Shown piece after piece: positions 1-13,729 of a stretch of 64,000 bases of DNA (position 1 is the stretch's first letter; each line of letters opens with the position of its first letter). The notes beneath the pieces are model-generated. The model made no database searches, was not told the origin of the DNA, and was given only the letters and a program-made list of their open reading frames with translations. Source of the DNA: Cenococcum geophilum (taxonomy: Eukaryota); assembly GCA_050273025.1 (NCBI GenBank), contig CP158636.1, positions 4,650,001 to 4,714,000 on the forward strand, read 5' to 3'. Position numbers and translations under genes: made by a program.

Positions 1-2730
1 TTTGCTTATATCCGCCTATTATACTCCAGAGGCAGACTATTTAGACCTTTTAGAGTGGTTTAAGGAGCGATTTAGGGGGGCCTTTTTTAGATTCTCTAAT
101 GGCCCAAATACTGGACCTATATGTTATAGTTAGCCGGACAACTGCTGTATATAATAGGCATAACCTCTAGAAGCATGGACCCTATATAGAATTAACAATC
201 CTAGATAATATAATGTACTATACTTAGCCCTTATAGGCTGCTTACGCTGCATATATACTCTACTAGAGCTTACTATCTACCTATACTCCTAATACCCTTA
301 GGCCCTAAACTAGTTAACCCCTAAAGCCTTAGATGTAAATTATATACTAGAGATCTATAGATTAGTTACGTTTTCTTATAAAGTAGATTAGCTAGTATTT
401 CTCTAGTAAGAATTAAACTCTATATCGTCTTGCCTATTCTATATAAGTATTATAAGCTTTCTCCAGTGTTCTGCAATTCTCTACGGCTATTAGCCCGTAT
501 ATAATTAGGTTTATATTATTAACAAAGCCTATCCCCTAGGTTGCCCCTTTCTTAAAGGAGTTAAGTAGGTTGCTTATAAAGAAAAGGAAGAGTATAGGTA
601 AGAGGGGTAATCCTTATAGTATTCCTATTGCAACTATAATAGGGGGGCTCTGGTATCCGCTAAAGACTAGTAATATTTCTTTCTAACCTATAAACCCTTA
701 AACAAATTATATAATCCATTCTAGGAAGCCTTTTGCCCTAAGGATATATAGGAGACGCTTATAGGGTACGTTATTATAGGCGCCGCTAATATGTCACGGC
801 ACTGACCTGACACGTTGTTATGATTCAGTGTTGTCATGACACGAGCACGGACCTGACCCCTAAGCGACGTGTATATATACCACCTCACCTCCTACATAGA
901 TCCTCACACGACATCGTTTGTCAATTATATACAGTTACCTCGTATATCGTACCTTGACAGTCCGCACGTACTGTGACAGTATATCGTGTCATCTTATACG
1001 CCCCTGGTAGGGCTTTGTTTCCACCGTTCCAAAGCTACGTTCTAAAGCTACGACCCTACCCCAGGCGGGATTCTTACCCTCATTCCACGTCAATGCGATC
1101 TAGTAAAATCTCTGTCAAATCTATTCAAGTACCCAAGCCGATCTCTCCGTCCACCCAAGTTTCTAGGCAGTAGGGAGACACCCTATGGGCTATAGTTTCT
1201 CTTTTTAGTCTCTAAGTTTCCTAGGCCGGTAGCAGGGAGACACCCTGTGGGCTATAGTTCCTCTTCTCAGTCTCCAAGTCTCCGTATTTAGCCATGCTTC
1301 TACTTCACGTCCCGAGTTTCTAAAGCCGGCTACAGGGAGACACCCTGCGGGCTATATCCTCGTGTCTTAATTATAGTATAAGACTATGGGTTACGATCTC
1401 GTCTCCGTCTCCGCCTCCGTCTCCGTCTTCGTCTTCAATAATGATATACTTTAAGTTTACCGCGACAAGAATCTACGTCTTAACCTTAATCTCCGTACTC
1501 CGAGCCTGTTAAATCTATACCTCGATCTCCGCACCCCAAGCCTTTTAAGTCTACGCAATAACCTCAATCTCCGTAACCCCCGAGCCTTTTAAGTCTACGC
1601 CTTAACCTTAATCTCCGCAACTTCGAGCCTTTTAAGAGTTAATATCCGCAATACGCCCCGCGGTTACATTTTTTTTCGTCTCCCCCGTTTTACCCTTTCG
1701 CCTTTAGCTTTATTTAGTGCTTGAGACGAGCACTAGCAGAGAGCGATATAGTAGGGATATAGGTAGAAGGGTCTGAGGACTATAAGGACAAGGACCTTTA
1801 AGGACTAGAAGGACGAGAACCTTTAAGGACTAAAAGGATAAGGATATGTGGTCTATTTTTTTACTTCCATATTTTTACTGCTGTTACTTAGCTTATAGGA
1901 GCTCGCCTTATTGGGAGGAATATACTATTACGGCACTGACCTAACACGTTATTATAATTTAGTGTTGTTATAACACGAGCACGGACCTAACCCCTAAGCG
2001 ACGTGTATATATACCACCTTACCTCCTATATAGATCCTCACACGACATCGTTTGTTAATTATATACAGTCACCTCGTACATTATACCTTAACAGTCCGTA
2101 CGTACTATGACATAATATCTAGGCTGAGCATTAATACTACAAAGTCTCTTCGCATCGCCTATGCGGATTTAATAGTGGTAGCGAGTAGCATAAGTGCTAA
2201 TAGTGTTAAGCGGTTCTTTCTTGCCCCTATTTAGCTTTATAGTAGTAGGTTATATTCCTTAGCCGTGTCTACTATATAGTCCGCTATTACCTTTTCTAAG
2301 ATCTTGCTAAGGGTGTTTTCTAAGGCAATAAGGCGGTAGCTTCCTAGGATTAAGTAATCTACTTTACCTTCTTTCTATAGAATAACCGTTATTATAGATC
2401 TTCTAAGTCGCGGGTAGTAGCCTATAGCAAAGCATACCCTAGCTATATCTATAAGCTAGGGTGCTATAAGTGGTCTACAGGTTTTTAAGGCCTTATTTAG
2501 AATCCCATCTAGTCCTAGTACTATATTATTTAAAAGGTGGCTAATAGTTCTGGCCATTTCCTCTGTTATTATGTCACTGTCGACCCTTAGGCAAGTTACC
2601 GGTATTTCACCTATAATGTCGCTAAGGTCTACCAGAGCCGGTTAGGGGAAGAACCTCTCTATAAGGATCTTTACCTTCTTATTATTGTTATTAGTAGCCT
2701 ATAATTTCCCTACTCTTTATAGGGTAGGTA
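1..2730 (-). mobile_element. RIP-inactivated Tad/I-group LINE, reverse transcriptase (ORF2) region, interrupted by a TRIM
   Basis: Minus-strand translation gives LINE RT motifs: YRLIALENTLSKILEK (~2290-2345), LSLDISGAYNNV (split by the insertion at 792-2112), GIL*GLPLLPIL (=GIPQGSPLSP, ~595-625) and GFVNNINL (=FVDD, ~507-530). There are many TAA/TAG stops typical of RIP. The boundary near 2730 is approximate. Confidence 0.85.
792..2112 (+). mobile_element. Non-autonomous LTR element (TRIM-like), 1321 bp
   Basis: 187-bp LTRs at 792-978 (TGTCACGG...TGTGACA) and 1926-2112 (RIP-mutated copy), with a 5-bp TSD TAATA at 787-791 and 2113-2117. A purine tract GGGAGGAA precedes the 3' LTR. The ~950-bp interior has no recognisable gag/pol and carries internal tandem repeats. 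Confidence 0.9.
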
Positions 2731-5060
2731 GTTATATATTAGCTATAATATAGTAGAGTTTAACATGCCTGCTTATCTAGGCCTCTACCCTAGTTTATAG
2801 TAGCTTATTCCTACCTTTAGGCGTCACCACCTTTACAGTTAAGGCTGGGCCAAAACCTCTCCCGCCTAAGTAACTCCTGTTTACTCTTTAAGTATATCTC
2901 ACTAGTATACCGCCCTAGAGGCGAACGGTTCCGTCTATTAATATACTAATACGCACATCCGTTCTCTTAAGCTACGTAGTAGTCTCTCTAGCTAGGACGT
3001 AATCCTACCTACCTATTAGGTGCACTAAGGGTCAGAGCCTAGTAAAGGGGTAAGGTCCTTAGAGCTAGCAGTAGCTACTATATACTACGCCCTATAGGAG
3101 GCCAGTAGTAATATAGGGGTATAACACCCTATACTACTACTAGTTCCCGTTTCGCGTTACCTATAAAAGTCTCCTTATAATAGGCTAACCGTGTCTTATA
3201 GAAGGGGGCTATAGAGATGCTAGGTCCCGTACCAGGCAACCTACTTCCCCCTCTCCTACTAACTAAGCTTATGTCCCCCCTTCCTATAAGCTAGCCTATA
3301 TCTCTAACTATTAAGTCCTCGTCTAACTGGCCTGTGTTTCCCCTATAGCCTCCCCTATATATATATATTAGGTTACGTATACTACGCCTATTAAGACCCT
3401 CCTGTAAGTCGCCTCATATATATACGTATTAGATTACGTGCACCACGCCTATTAAGACCCTCCTGTAAGTCGCCTATAAGTTGACTAAGTCGAACGCCAT
3501 GGGGCCGTCAAAGCTGGCCTGTATTTCCTCTACCTAGAGCTTTACCCGTATTTCCACCTCGTTAAGCCGTCGCGTCGCCGTCGCGTCGCTATCGCGTCGC
3601 TGTCGCGTCTCTGTCCAGGTCGCGCGCACCACACCTATTAAGACCCTCTTCTAAGTCTCCTGGATGTACCGGATAGGCTCTTATAGAGGGGCCTTAACGA
3701 GTTCTTTAGGCAGGGCCTTAATAAGTTCTTCGCGGTGGCCTTGGGTAGGTAGTTATATAGTAGAGTTTAACATGCCTACTTATCTAGGCCTCTACCCTAG
3801 TTTTCTAGTATTTATCCTAAACCCAGGCCTAAAGGCCTAGGGGCTTTCTATAAGTAGTTGGCTGCCACTACCTTAACGGGGGGTCTTACCAGTTCTTTTG
3901 GATATCTTATAATAGGATTGGCCTAAGCACCAGTCCGCCCCCCCGCGGTTTATATAAGAGTCTCCTCCTAGAGTTAATACGCTTTCGCACAGCTTAGGAG
4001 CCTTCTATAGCCTCTAGTTTTACACCTTTTCTATTATTTCTACTAGTATAGGCATAAGCTGCCTTTTCCAGGAGTCGTAACTTCCGTCTTATATACCTAC
4101 TGGCATAATCCTATAAAGGTGTTATAGCTGTATCCTGCAGTATAGAAGCCTTAGGTACCTTCTATAGTTAAGGCCTAGACCAAAAAGCCTCCCCTACCTA
4201 AGTAACTCCTATTTACTCCTTAAGTATATCTTACCGGCGTACCGCCCTAGAGGCGAACGGTTTCGTCTGTTAATATACTAACACGCACATTCGTTCTCTT
4301 AAGCTATATAGTAATCTTCTCTAGCTAGGACGTAATCCTACCTATATACTAGGTGTATTAGGGGTTAGAGCCTAGCTAAGGGGTAAGGTCCCTAGAGCTA
4401 GTAGTAGCTACTATATACTACGCCCTATAGGAAACTAGTAGTAATATAGGGGCGTAACACCCTATATACTACCAGCTCCCATTTTGCGTTACCTATAAGG
4501 GTTTCCCTATAATAGGCCGACCGTGTCTTATAGGAGGGGGCTATAGACTAGGTCCCGTGCCAGGTAACCTACTCCCCCCTCTCCTACTAACTAAGCTTAT
4601 GTCCCCCCTTTTTATAAGCTATACCTATATCTCTAACTATTAAGTCCTTATCTAACTAGCCTATGTTTCCCCTATAGCCTCCCCTATATATATGCATTAG
4701 GTTATATACACCACGCCTATTAAGACCCTCCTATAAGTCGCCTTATATATATACATTAGGTTGCGTATACTACGCCTATTAAGACCCTCCTATAAGTCGC
4801 CTTTTAACGCCATAGGGCCGTTAAAGCTGGCCTGTGTTTCCGCTGCCTAGAGCTTTACCCGTGTTTCCACCTTATTAAGCCGTCTAGTCGCCGTCGCGTT
4901 GTTATTACGTCGCTGTTAACCAGGTCGCGCGCACTACGCCTATTAAGACCCTCTTTTAAGTTACCTAGGTGTACCGGTATACTAGATAGGCCCTTAAAGG
5001 GGCCTTAACGAGTTCTTTAGGTAGGGCCTTAATAAGTTCTTCGCGGTGGCCTTTAGGGCC
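2721..5060. repeat. Diverged direct duplication (~2721-3740 vs ~3744-5060) with internal CACGCCTATTAAGACCCTC subrepeats
   Basis: Shared anchor TAGTAGAGTTTAACATGCC at ~2751 and ~3758. About 2830-3740 aligns by eye to 4160-5050. The ACGCCTATTAAGACCCTC motif occurs three times in each copy. Confidence 0.8.
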
Positions 5061-5969
5061 TTAATAAGTTTTGTACAAGGTATCTGCGACGCGTTAACCT
5101 TAATAAGTTCTTATAAAAAAGGGTTCCCTACGCCCTCGCTATATCCATTCGGTCTTAGAGCTAGTGCAAGCCTAAGGGTGTCCTGTTATACGCCTAGGAC
5201 GCATCCGCATCCGCTGGCTTAATAAGGCCAGTTTCGGCCCTAGCTATAAGCTAGGTAGACGTATATCAGGTGGTTTTCGTATCCTAGTTTCCCTTAGTAG
5301 GCCTCCCTAGATGGTAGAACGGGAGCTCTAAGCAAAGGCAGTAAGGCTCCTGGTGTTGTTGAGGGCGATGCTTCGTACGCGTCGCGGGCTTAACACCACA
5401 GAGTCGAACGACAGCGCGCTGCACGCGCTGCGACGGCTCTCTACCATCGCCTCTGTACTTGGCTATTAAAAGGATCAGTATCCTAATAATGTTTCCACCC
5501 GCGGCGACGTGGACGCGTGCAGTAGGGCTTTGCGGGCTAGCTACCTTAATTAATATCCGCCGAAAATCCGTATGCGGGGCAGCTAACACTATTACCTTCT
5601 TAGCCTATATCTAGCAGGAATGCGTAACTAGCTAGTTTAAACTCTAGCTAGTAGAATACCTCTAGGCTAAGTACACTAATATCCTATAACGGACGTTAGT
5701 CCTAGTAACATAACGATTAGGTTTAGTTTTTAACGTAGGGCGGATATCTAGGATCCTAAAGTTAGGCCAGGTATTAACAGCCCTAGGGTAATAATTAGCG
5801 TTAGTTGTTATTAGGTATTAAGTATTAGCCTCTTAGATATTAGGGTCTATACTATAATAATAAACATTAACTCCCTATAGCTCCTGGATATCTAAGTCTA
5901 TACTATAGCATTAGAAACTAGTCTCTAGGGTAGGCTAGGTATTATAGCTTATAAGGCAGCTCCGCACCT

Positions 5970-6560
5970 TAACCCTTAGAACAATCCGGATATTAGAGCT
6001 TATAGCGCAGTATTAGGTCTTAGCCCTTAGAGTAATCCGGATATTAAAGCTTATAGCGTAATATTAAATCTAAATCCTTAGAGTAGTCTAAGTATTAGAG
6101 CTTATAGTGTAATACTAAGTCTTAACTTTTAGATAAGCCTAAGGTCTAATATTCGCAATATAGCACTAGATCTCTAATTACGAAAATTTTTAAAGTTTAA
6201 GATCTATACCGTAGCACCAGTTCCTAGGTAGTAGGAAATCCAGAAATTTAAAATTCGTAATATAGTATTAGATCTCCGCTCCTAGAGAACCCTAAGGCTT
6301 AAGATTTAAGTTATAATACTAAATCTCCGCTCCTAGGAAACTCTAAGGCTTAGGGTTTGCAGGCTAATACTTAATCTCCGCCCTCTAAACTAGGCGTAGT
6401 TTAGAATTCGCGTACTAATACTCGATCCCTGCCTTCTAAATTAGGTGTAGCTTAGAATTTACAGTCTAATATTTAATCTCCGATCTCTAAACTGGGTGTA
6501 GCTTAGAACCTATGGCCTAGTGCTTAATCTCCGCCCTCGGCTTTAGATATAACGCAGCTT
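5970..6560. repeat. Degenerate 51-bp tandem array (~11-12 units)
   Basis: ATCCGGATATTA(G/A)AGCTTATAG recurs at 51-bp spacing near 5984-6110, and ATCTCCG-like anchors recur at ~6272, 6322, 6374, 6425, 6476 and 6527. Confidence 0.75.
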
Positions 6561-7101
6561 TAGTAGGTTAGTATTTAATATTCCTTAGCGTTTTACTTGT
6601 TTATTAACTTAACTAAGACTAGGGTAGAGCTCTAATTAATATTTAGGTGTTAAGTATCGATCTCCGTATATATATCTAAATAGTTTATTAGATTCTTATC
6701 TAGAGAGATACTAGGGTTTATACTAAAAGCTCCTAAAACCCGTAGAACCTATATTATATTAGCCATTTAGTTTAAGTGTCTTATAATCCTCTTAACTAAA
6801 TATTATCTGTTCTTCTTAGGCTACTATACCTTAAGCCTCTTAGCTAATATTAGATCTACCTTATAGTAAGAGAAAATAAAAGGACATGTCTGCGTACTTT
6901 AAAAGTAAGAAATTTGCTTACTAAGTGAACCTAATATCCACTTATAACCCTTCTCCAGCACCTTAATTAAGCGGTAATTTTATATTAATGTTACTTCGCA
7001 AGTTAACTAGACGGCGCCCACTTACTTTAATTAGTAGTAACTTAACTATAAAGGATTTGCGCGTTATAAATAAGCCTATAAAAGGTAGTTAATATTTACT
7101 A

Positions 7102-10100
7102 AAGTAAGTCACTATAACAGTGATTATTTATTAGTAAGCTAATTCAATAAAATCTATAGCGCGGATATTTACCTTAATTAACCTCCGCACTTTTACCTTA
7201 TAATATCGCACCATAAACTTTATTATTGTTGTTTTATCTACTGTCTATTAGTATACTATTATCTATAATACCTTCTTTTATACCTCTAAATATGTCCGAC
7301 AGCTATTTAGTTAAGGAACTTAATACGCGCGACGTTGATAATAAAATAATTAAGGACGCTTTTAAGGACGATCTTTCTTTTACTAATCCTTTAGAATCTC
7401 TGCCTAGAGAGTAAGCTTTCTAATACTAAATTATGCCTATAGCTAATATAATTTTAGGAAATATGTATTAAAGCACTCTTTATTGGATCTAGCAGAGCAC
7501 TATAATAAGGTTATTGCGAAATCCGCCGGAAATCCGCTTACCTTTTTACTGCCTGCCTCTTTGCCGCCTACTTTTTTACTACTTACCTCTTTACCGCCTG
7601 CCTTTAAGCCGCTTATTTCTTCGTCGCCTACTACTTTTAAGAAGTTTAATCCTTATTGTGCTTCTACTTCTCTTAAAAGGCAGGCTAATAGAATTACTAC
7701 GCAAATTTTTTAGTATAAGATAGCCTTTAAATCGTATATATTAGCTATACTCTTTTAGTGTCTTATCTACTAATTTACCTCTTATAGTAACCTAACAGAA
7801 ATGTTAGAGATTTTAGATAATAATGAAGAGAATAATCTTAATAACACCAACTTTCCTAAAAGCCCTCCTCTATCCTCTTATAATCTCTATAGCCCTTATA
7901 AGCTCCGTAGCACGCAGATAGCTTAAGCTATAATATTAGATATTAATATAAACGAGCGCCTTCCTATTTAAGTGCCGTTAGTAAATAAATAGTACACCCT
8001 AAAAGCTAGTGCTTAGGAGAATATAAAGGAAACTCGCTAGCGGATATATACCTACGTCTAGAATATTAAGGGTAGCTCTAATATACTGCGCGATCTGCTA
8101 TACGCTCTATGCGTTAAGTAAGACTATAAATGTTGCGTTTATAAGCAGAACTCTACGCCATATTTTAGAGGTGCATACTTAAGATATTGCTTAAGTGGTA
8201 GGTTGTGCGAAAAGGTATATGCTGATAGTATACTATTATTCTATCAGCTAATACGTATATAGGATAGTTTGCTAAGACTAGAGCTAGTTATACCTTAGCG
8301 CAAAAAACGTGCGCAATTAGCTTCTGCTAGTAGTCTAGCTAGAACGCCTATTAAGAAGGTATAATATCCGCATTTTAATAATATAGATATTGCTAATATC
8401 CGTATAGCTTTATACCCGCACTATCCCCCCTTTAGAGACCTCCCCTTCCCCTAAAACTCTTACTTGTAGTAATATGCGTAGCTATAGGGGTACCTATTCT
8501 GCCTCTACTTTCTCTACTCTTTTACTAATTCCTAATATACCTAGTGCTACTTTTAGTACTACTACCGCTCCTACTAGCACGGAGAATGTTAGGGTATATT
8601 TAGCAATTACTATTTCCGTACGCGTTAATATAGTTTATAAATAGGTGACTAAGATAGCGAAAGATGTTCGGGCTATAGATCGCTAGTTAAGTAAGTTTAA
8701 AAATTCTCTAAGTAAAATAAAGGATGGGCTTACGTTTATAAGGCGTAGTATTATAGCACTTATACGTAACGCTAGGTTGCTAAATATAGAATTTAAGTAG
8801 ATTCTAGTTAGCTGTTACTGCAGGTTAGCTATTACTGTAGGTTAACTATTATTACGGGTCTAGAGTAATAAAATAGTAGCTCTTACCTCTCTGCTACTAT
8901 ATATATAGGAATTAAGTCTCTACCTTATATTTAATAGATATAATTAATATTATAATGTCCGTATAAGCTAAGATAAAGATATCCGTATAAGCTAAGATAA
9001 AGATATCTATATAAGCTAAGATAAAGATATTTATATATCCGCACCGTTGATAATTACTAAGGTAAGTTACTATAGTAGCAATTATTTATTAGTAAGCTAA
9101 TTTAATAAAATGGGTAGCGTGGATATTTACCTTTAATTAACCTCCGTACCTTTTCTTCCTCTACTAACCTTTTACCTTATAGCACCGCATCGCAAACTTC
9201 ATCATTATTGTTTTATCTACTATCCCTTAATATTCTTCTATCTATAATACCTTTATTTACACCTATAAACGATATTAATACGAATAATAGTAGCTAGGTA
9301 GTTAAGGAGCTTAATATACGCAAAATAAACGAGGATGCTGTTAAGCACGCTATGGCTGCTCCTACTAAGCCTTTAGGCTTTGTTCCTAAAGAGTAAGCTT
9401 TCTAATACTAAATTATACCTATAGCTAATATAATTATAGAAAATATATACCGAAGCGCTCTTTATAGGATTTAGTAGATAATAAAAATATAAATAAAGCG
9501 AAATCCGCTGAAAATCCGCGCACCTTTTTACTACCTGCCTTTCCTTTACCTATATCTTTGCCGTAGACCACTTTGCCGTCCGCTTCTTTACTATTTGCCT
9601 CTCTACTACTACTACCTAATACTTCTAAAAGGAGGCTTAATAAGGCTCGGTTATCTTCTTTTCTTAAAAAGTAGGCTAAAAAGGCTGCTAATATAAATCT
9701 AAAGGCTAAGATAGCTATTAAATCATATGTGTTAGTCATACTGTTTTAATATCTTATTTACTAATTTACCTCTTATAGTAACCTAAATATTTATAAGGTT
9801 TCTTTAGATAGCAAATCTTTAGATAGCGGTAAAGATAAAGATCTTAATAACGCCGACTCTTATAATCTTCGCAACCCTTATAATCTCTATAGCCCTTACA
9901 ATCTCTATAGCCCTTATAATCTTTATAATACCATAAATATAAATAAGCGCCTTCCTATCTAAGTGCCGTTAGCGAATAAATGGTATACTCTAAAAGCTAG
10001 TATTTAGAAGAACATAAAGGAAAGTCGCCAGCGAATATTAATATACGTCTAGAATATTAAGTGTCGCTTTAGTAAGCTGCGTAACCCGCTATATACTTTA

Positions 10101-10986
10101 TACAAGAAGTATAGCCACAAATATTACGTTTATAAGAAGGACTCTAGGCCTCATTTTAGGGGTGCGTACTTAAGATGTTGTATAGGTAGTAGGTTGTGCG
10201 GAAAGGTACGTGCTAATAGTATACTGTTATTCTGTTAGCTAACACGCGTATAAAAAAGTTTACTAAATCCAGAGCCGGTTATACCTTAGGGCAAAAAACA
10301 TGCGAAGTTAGCTTCTGCTAATAGTCTAGCTAAAACGCCTACTAAGAAGGTATAATATCCGCGTATTAATAATACGGATATTACTAATATCCGTATAGCT
10401 TCGTTCTCGCACTATCCCCGCCCGCGCTACTACGCCTCCCCCCCCTACTAAGGCCTCCCCCCCTATTAAGACTCCCACTTATAGTAGTACGTGCGGCCGT
10501 AGAGGTACCTACTCTGCTGCTGCTCCTCTAACTCTTTTGCCAATTGCTAGTACGCTAGGTGCTATTGCCGCTTCCGCTAGCACTGGGTCTATTAGGGTAT
10601 ATTTAGCAATTACTGTTTCTACGTATATTAATATAGTTTATAAACGGGTAACTAATATAGCGAAAGATATTTAAGCTATAGATCGCCGGTTTAATAAGTT
10701 TAAAGATTCTCTAAGTAAGATAAAGGATAAGCTTGCGTTCCTAAGGCGTAGTATTATTATACTTATACGTAATGCTAGGCTACTGGATATTAAATATAGG
10801 TAGATATAAGTTAGCTATTACTACGGGTTAGCTATTATTGCTAGTTTATAATAATAAAATAGTAGCTTTTACCTTTTTGCTACTATATACGTAGGAATTA
10901 AGTCTCTGCCTTACATTTAATAAATATACTTAATTAATATTATAATATCCATATAAGCTAAGATAAAGATATTTATATATCCGCAC
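7102..10986 (+). pseudogene. Tandemly duplicated ~1.9-kb RIP-damaged gene (copies ~7102-9045 and ~9061-10986) with a Zn2Cys6-like Cys cluster
   Basis: The two copies align end to end (GTAAGTCACTATA / GTAAGTTACTATA starts; ATAAGCTAAGATAAAGATAT ends). 8101-8208 reads YALCVK*DYKCCVYKQNSTPYFRGAYLRYCLSGRLC and 10092-10199 reads YTLYKKYSHKYYVYKKDSRPHFRGAYLRCCIGSRLC. GTAAG/GTA...AG intron remnants are present. Confidence 0.7.
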
Positions 10987-11009
10987 TATAAAACAGCTTA
11001 CTGCTACGT

Positions 11010-13729
11010 TATATACTATATACTAAGAAGATTATACGCTAGCTAGAGTTAATATTAATAAGAACTTAATTAATATATTAAGACAGAAACGTACTATAAG
11101 CCTAAGTATTTAAAAGTCCTCCGGCATATTATCTGTAGCCTTATTAAATCCGTCCTTATAAGGGTTATATAGTAAACCGCTAATATAAGACATCCGTATA
11201 TTAAAATCAGTAATACTACCCTATAAAAGCCGCTCTAATCTAAGTTAAAAAATAGCAGGTGCTTTAAACCCAATGTCCCGCACACACTAACGTATAATTA
11301 AATCCTTAGTAATTATATCCGTAAGGAACTAGATATTAACCGTAGGAGACTTAATTATATAATTAGATATCGTCCGCTTACTAAACATATCCTTAAACTT
11401 AGTACAAAGAGGTCTAGTATAGCTTATAGTAAAAACACTCTACCTAAATAGAGAGTCTACTTTAAAGGTCGAGTTTTTACGTAATCGGAGTAACTCCTTT
11501 AGCTAAAGATTTAGTAGTTTATTAAGTCAATCAGCTTTAAAAAAGCTATTTAGCTCTCCGTAATTATTAATTAGCCCGTTCGCAAATATAGCCCACTAAA
11601 GTACTAAATTATACACCTCTATTATAATTAACCTCTAGAAGTATATTATTTTAGATATATAGTTATTACTCCTTAATCTAGTAAAGTAAAGGTAAAGGCG
11701 GGCAATTGCACGCTTTAGAAGGCTAATATCCGCATACTTAATAGCGTATTTTAACACTTTATATATTTTAACTACCTATAGATACCAAATATAATTAAAG
11801 AACTTTATATTAACAATCTAAGTAGGCTAGCTTATAGTAGCGGAGCTAAGTTCTATAAGCAATTAATCTATAATCTAAGAACCTCTGCGGGCGGAGGTCT
11901 GCAAAGAAACCAATTTATTAGCCTTACGGCTAACTTTAGAGCTAAAACCCGCTACGCGGATATCCTTAATATGCTATAGAAACTGCTTAGGCGTTAAGGA
12001 TCTAATATATCTTTTAACCGCACCTTCTTTATAGATGTTAAGCCTATTACAGATATATATTAAGAAGAGCGCAATAATATAGGTATTAAAACTATGTAGT
12101 ACTAGCCCCTTAAGACAGTAAAAGGGAGGGCGCTCTATAGAAATATTTCGTCGCCTAAGGTGATTTATATAAGTGTAGAGTGTAAAGTACTGCTGCGTAT
12201 ATTGCTTACTACTAAAGAAATTCCTTATAATTATATATAGGAAGTTTAACTAAAGGTGCCAAAGACCTAAAATAGGTAGTACCTAACGGTGGCTATTATA
12301 TAAGAGCGCAGCCTCCGCCTGCTCCCGCTTATAGGTATAAATAAGCTTTACGGTTTTCTAATCACTGTATACCAGATATAATCGGTCCTAGAAATTATTA
12401 TCGCGATTAAGCTATAGTTACTCTAAAAAGATTATTTTAAGTATGCGGTAGTTACCATTTATAGAAGCCTCGCTTTCTATAATAGGGCCTAGGTTTATAT
12501 AGGTTGTCTTTATAGATAGTAAAATATCAATCTTAGGCATACGCGGATATTTAAGTTTAGTGTTAGATTTAAAAATACTATTTACAGCGGCCGGATACGT
12601 GCTTTAGAGAGTATCTGCAATTATAAAAATAGATATCCGATTTTAAACGCTATTATATATATTACCTAGCGCCTTAGCAATATCCTTAATTCGAAGCTAT
12701 ACTTAGTTATATAGTATACTTTAAAGAAGGCTACTAGGGGGAATATAAGATCCGTGGATAAGCTTTCTAGTAGTATAGGAATGGAAAATACTAGTGTCTC
12801 CAATTAACTAATATCACGTTTACTTAAGGTAGTTAAAATTATTATATATAATATAGATATTATTAAGAGCGGATATTAATTAGAGGTAAGTCTTTAACAA
12901 CATTAGTGCCAGTACATTCGCCGCTAGTATTGTGACCTTCCTTAAAGCGTTCAGCCAATTCCATCTTTTAGTAGTTAAGCGCTGTATATCCGTTAATAAG
13001 CCCTAGTTTATAAAGCAGTAATAAAACCTAACGCTTTATACCTATACCTTAAAGATAAAGACTAAGAAGCTAAATAAAATAGTTAGTGGAGCTTTAAGCG
13101 CGGCCTAATAAAAGGATAGACATAAGAAGAACAACCCGCCCTAGGTGTAGATTTCGCGATTTATTAGTTCTTAATTATGCTAATAATCCTTCTATTAGTT
13201 AGTGGAGTAGAGGGGTATATTAGCTAATTGCCTTATAGCCCTACGAGAGTTAAACGTCTTTAAACTCTAGATCTGACTTCTATAGGCTAAAGATAACCGT
13301 CTTCTGCTAAAGATTACAAAGCTCTTTACGGAGGATATTTATAACTATATTAATTAGTTCCAAATGGATATCCGTAATCTCCATAATTGCATTGCGGATT
13401 TCTTCGTCCCCTAGAAGGGTAGTAATAAGCCCCTTTACCTTCTTCTTTTTTTCCTTTTTCTTTTTTTGCGCCTCGTTATTTCTTATACCTTGTCTTTTAT
13501 TAATACTAAGCTGTAGCCACGTTAAAGAAAGGTCACTAAAGGACTATCGCCACTCCTGTAAATGCTCTAGAATAATTTTAACCTTTTCTTCCTTTAATAT
13601 CCGCTTAGCGGATGCCCTAGTTAGTGTTTAGATAGGCGTCCGCTGGTTAACTAATATTGTGTTTATAGTGGGAATAGGCGATTTAATTATTAATATATTA
13701 CCCGTTTGGCGGCGCTTTCTACTTAACAT
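11010..13729 (-). pseudogene. RIP-inactivated DUF6589-type (Academ-like) putative transposase
   Basis: Minus-strand motifs YNNFNYLK*T*Y* (=YDNFN...RHQ, ~12810-12850), YSD*KTV (=YGDQKTV, ~12350-12371) and LPILGLWHL*LNF (~12241-12280) match my recollection of the DUF6589 DN / GDQxT / GLxH motifs. Probable ATG at 13729. The 3' end is approximate. Confidence 0.7.

Noticed and set aside
5970..6560. Regularly spaced motifs as a CRISPR array
   Set aside because: Whole 51-bp units are homologous (a tandem repeat), there are no cas genes, and the genome is fungal.
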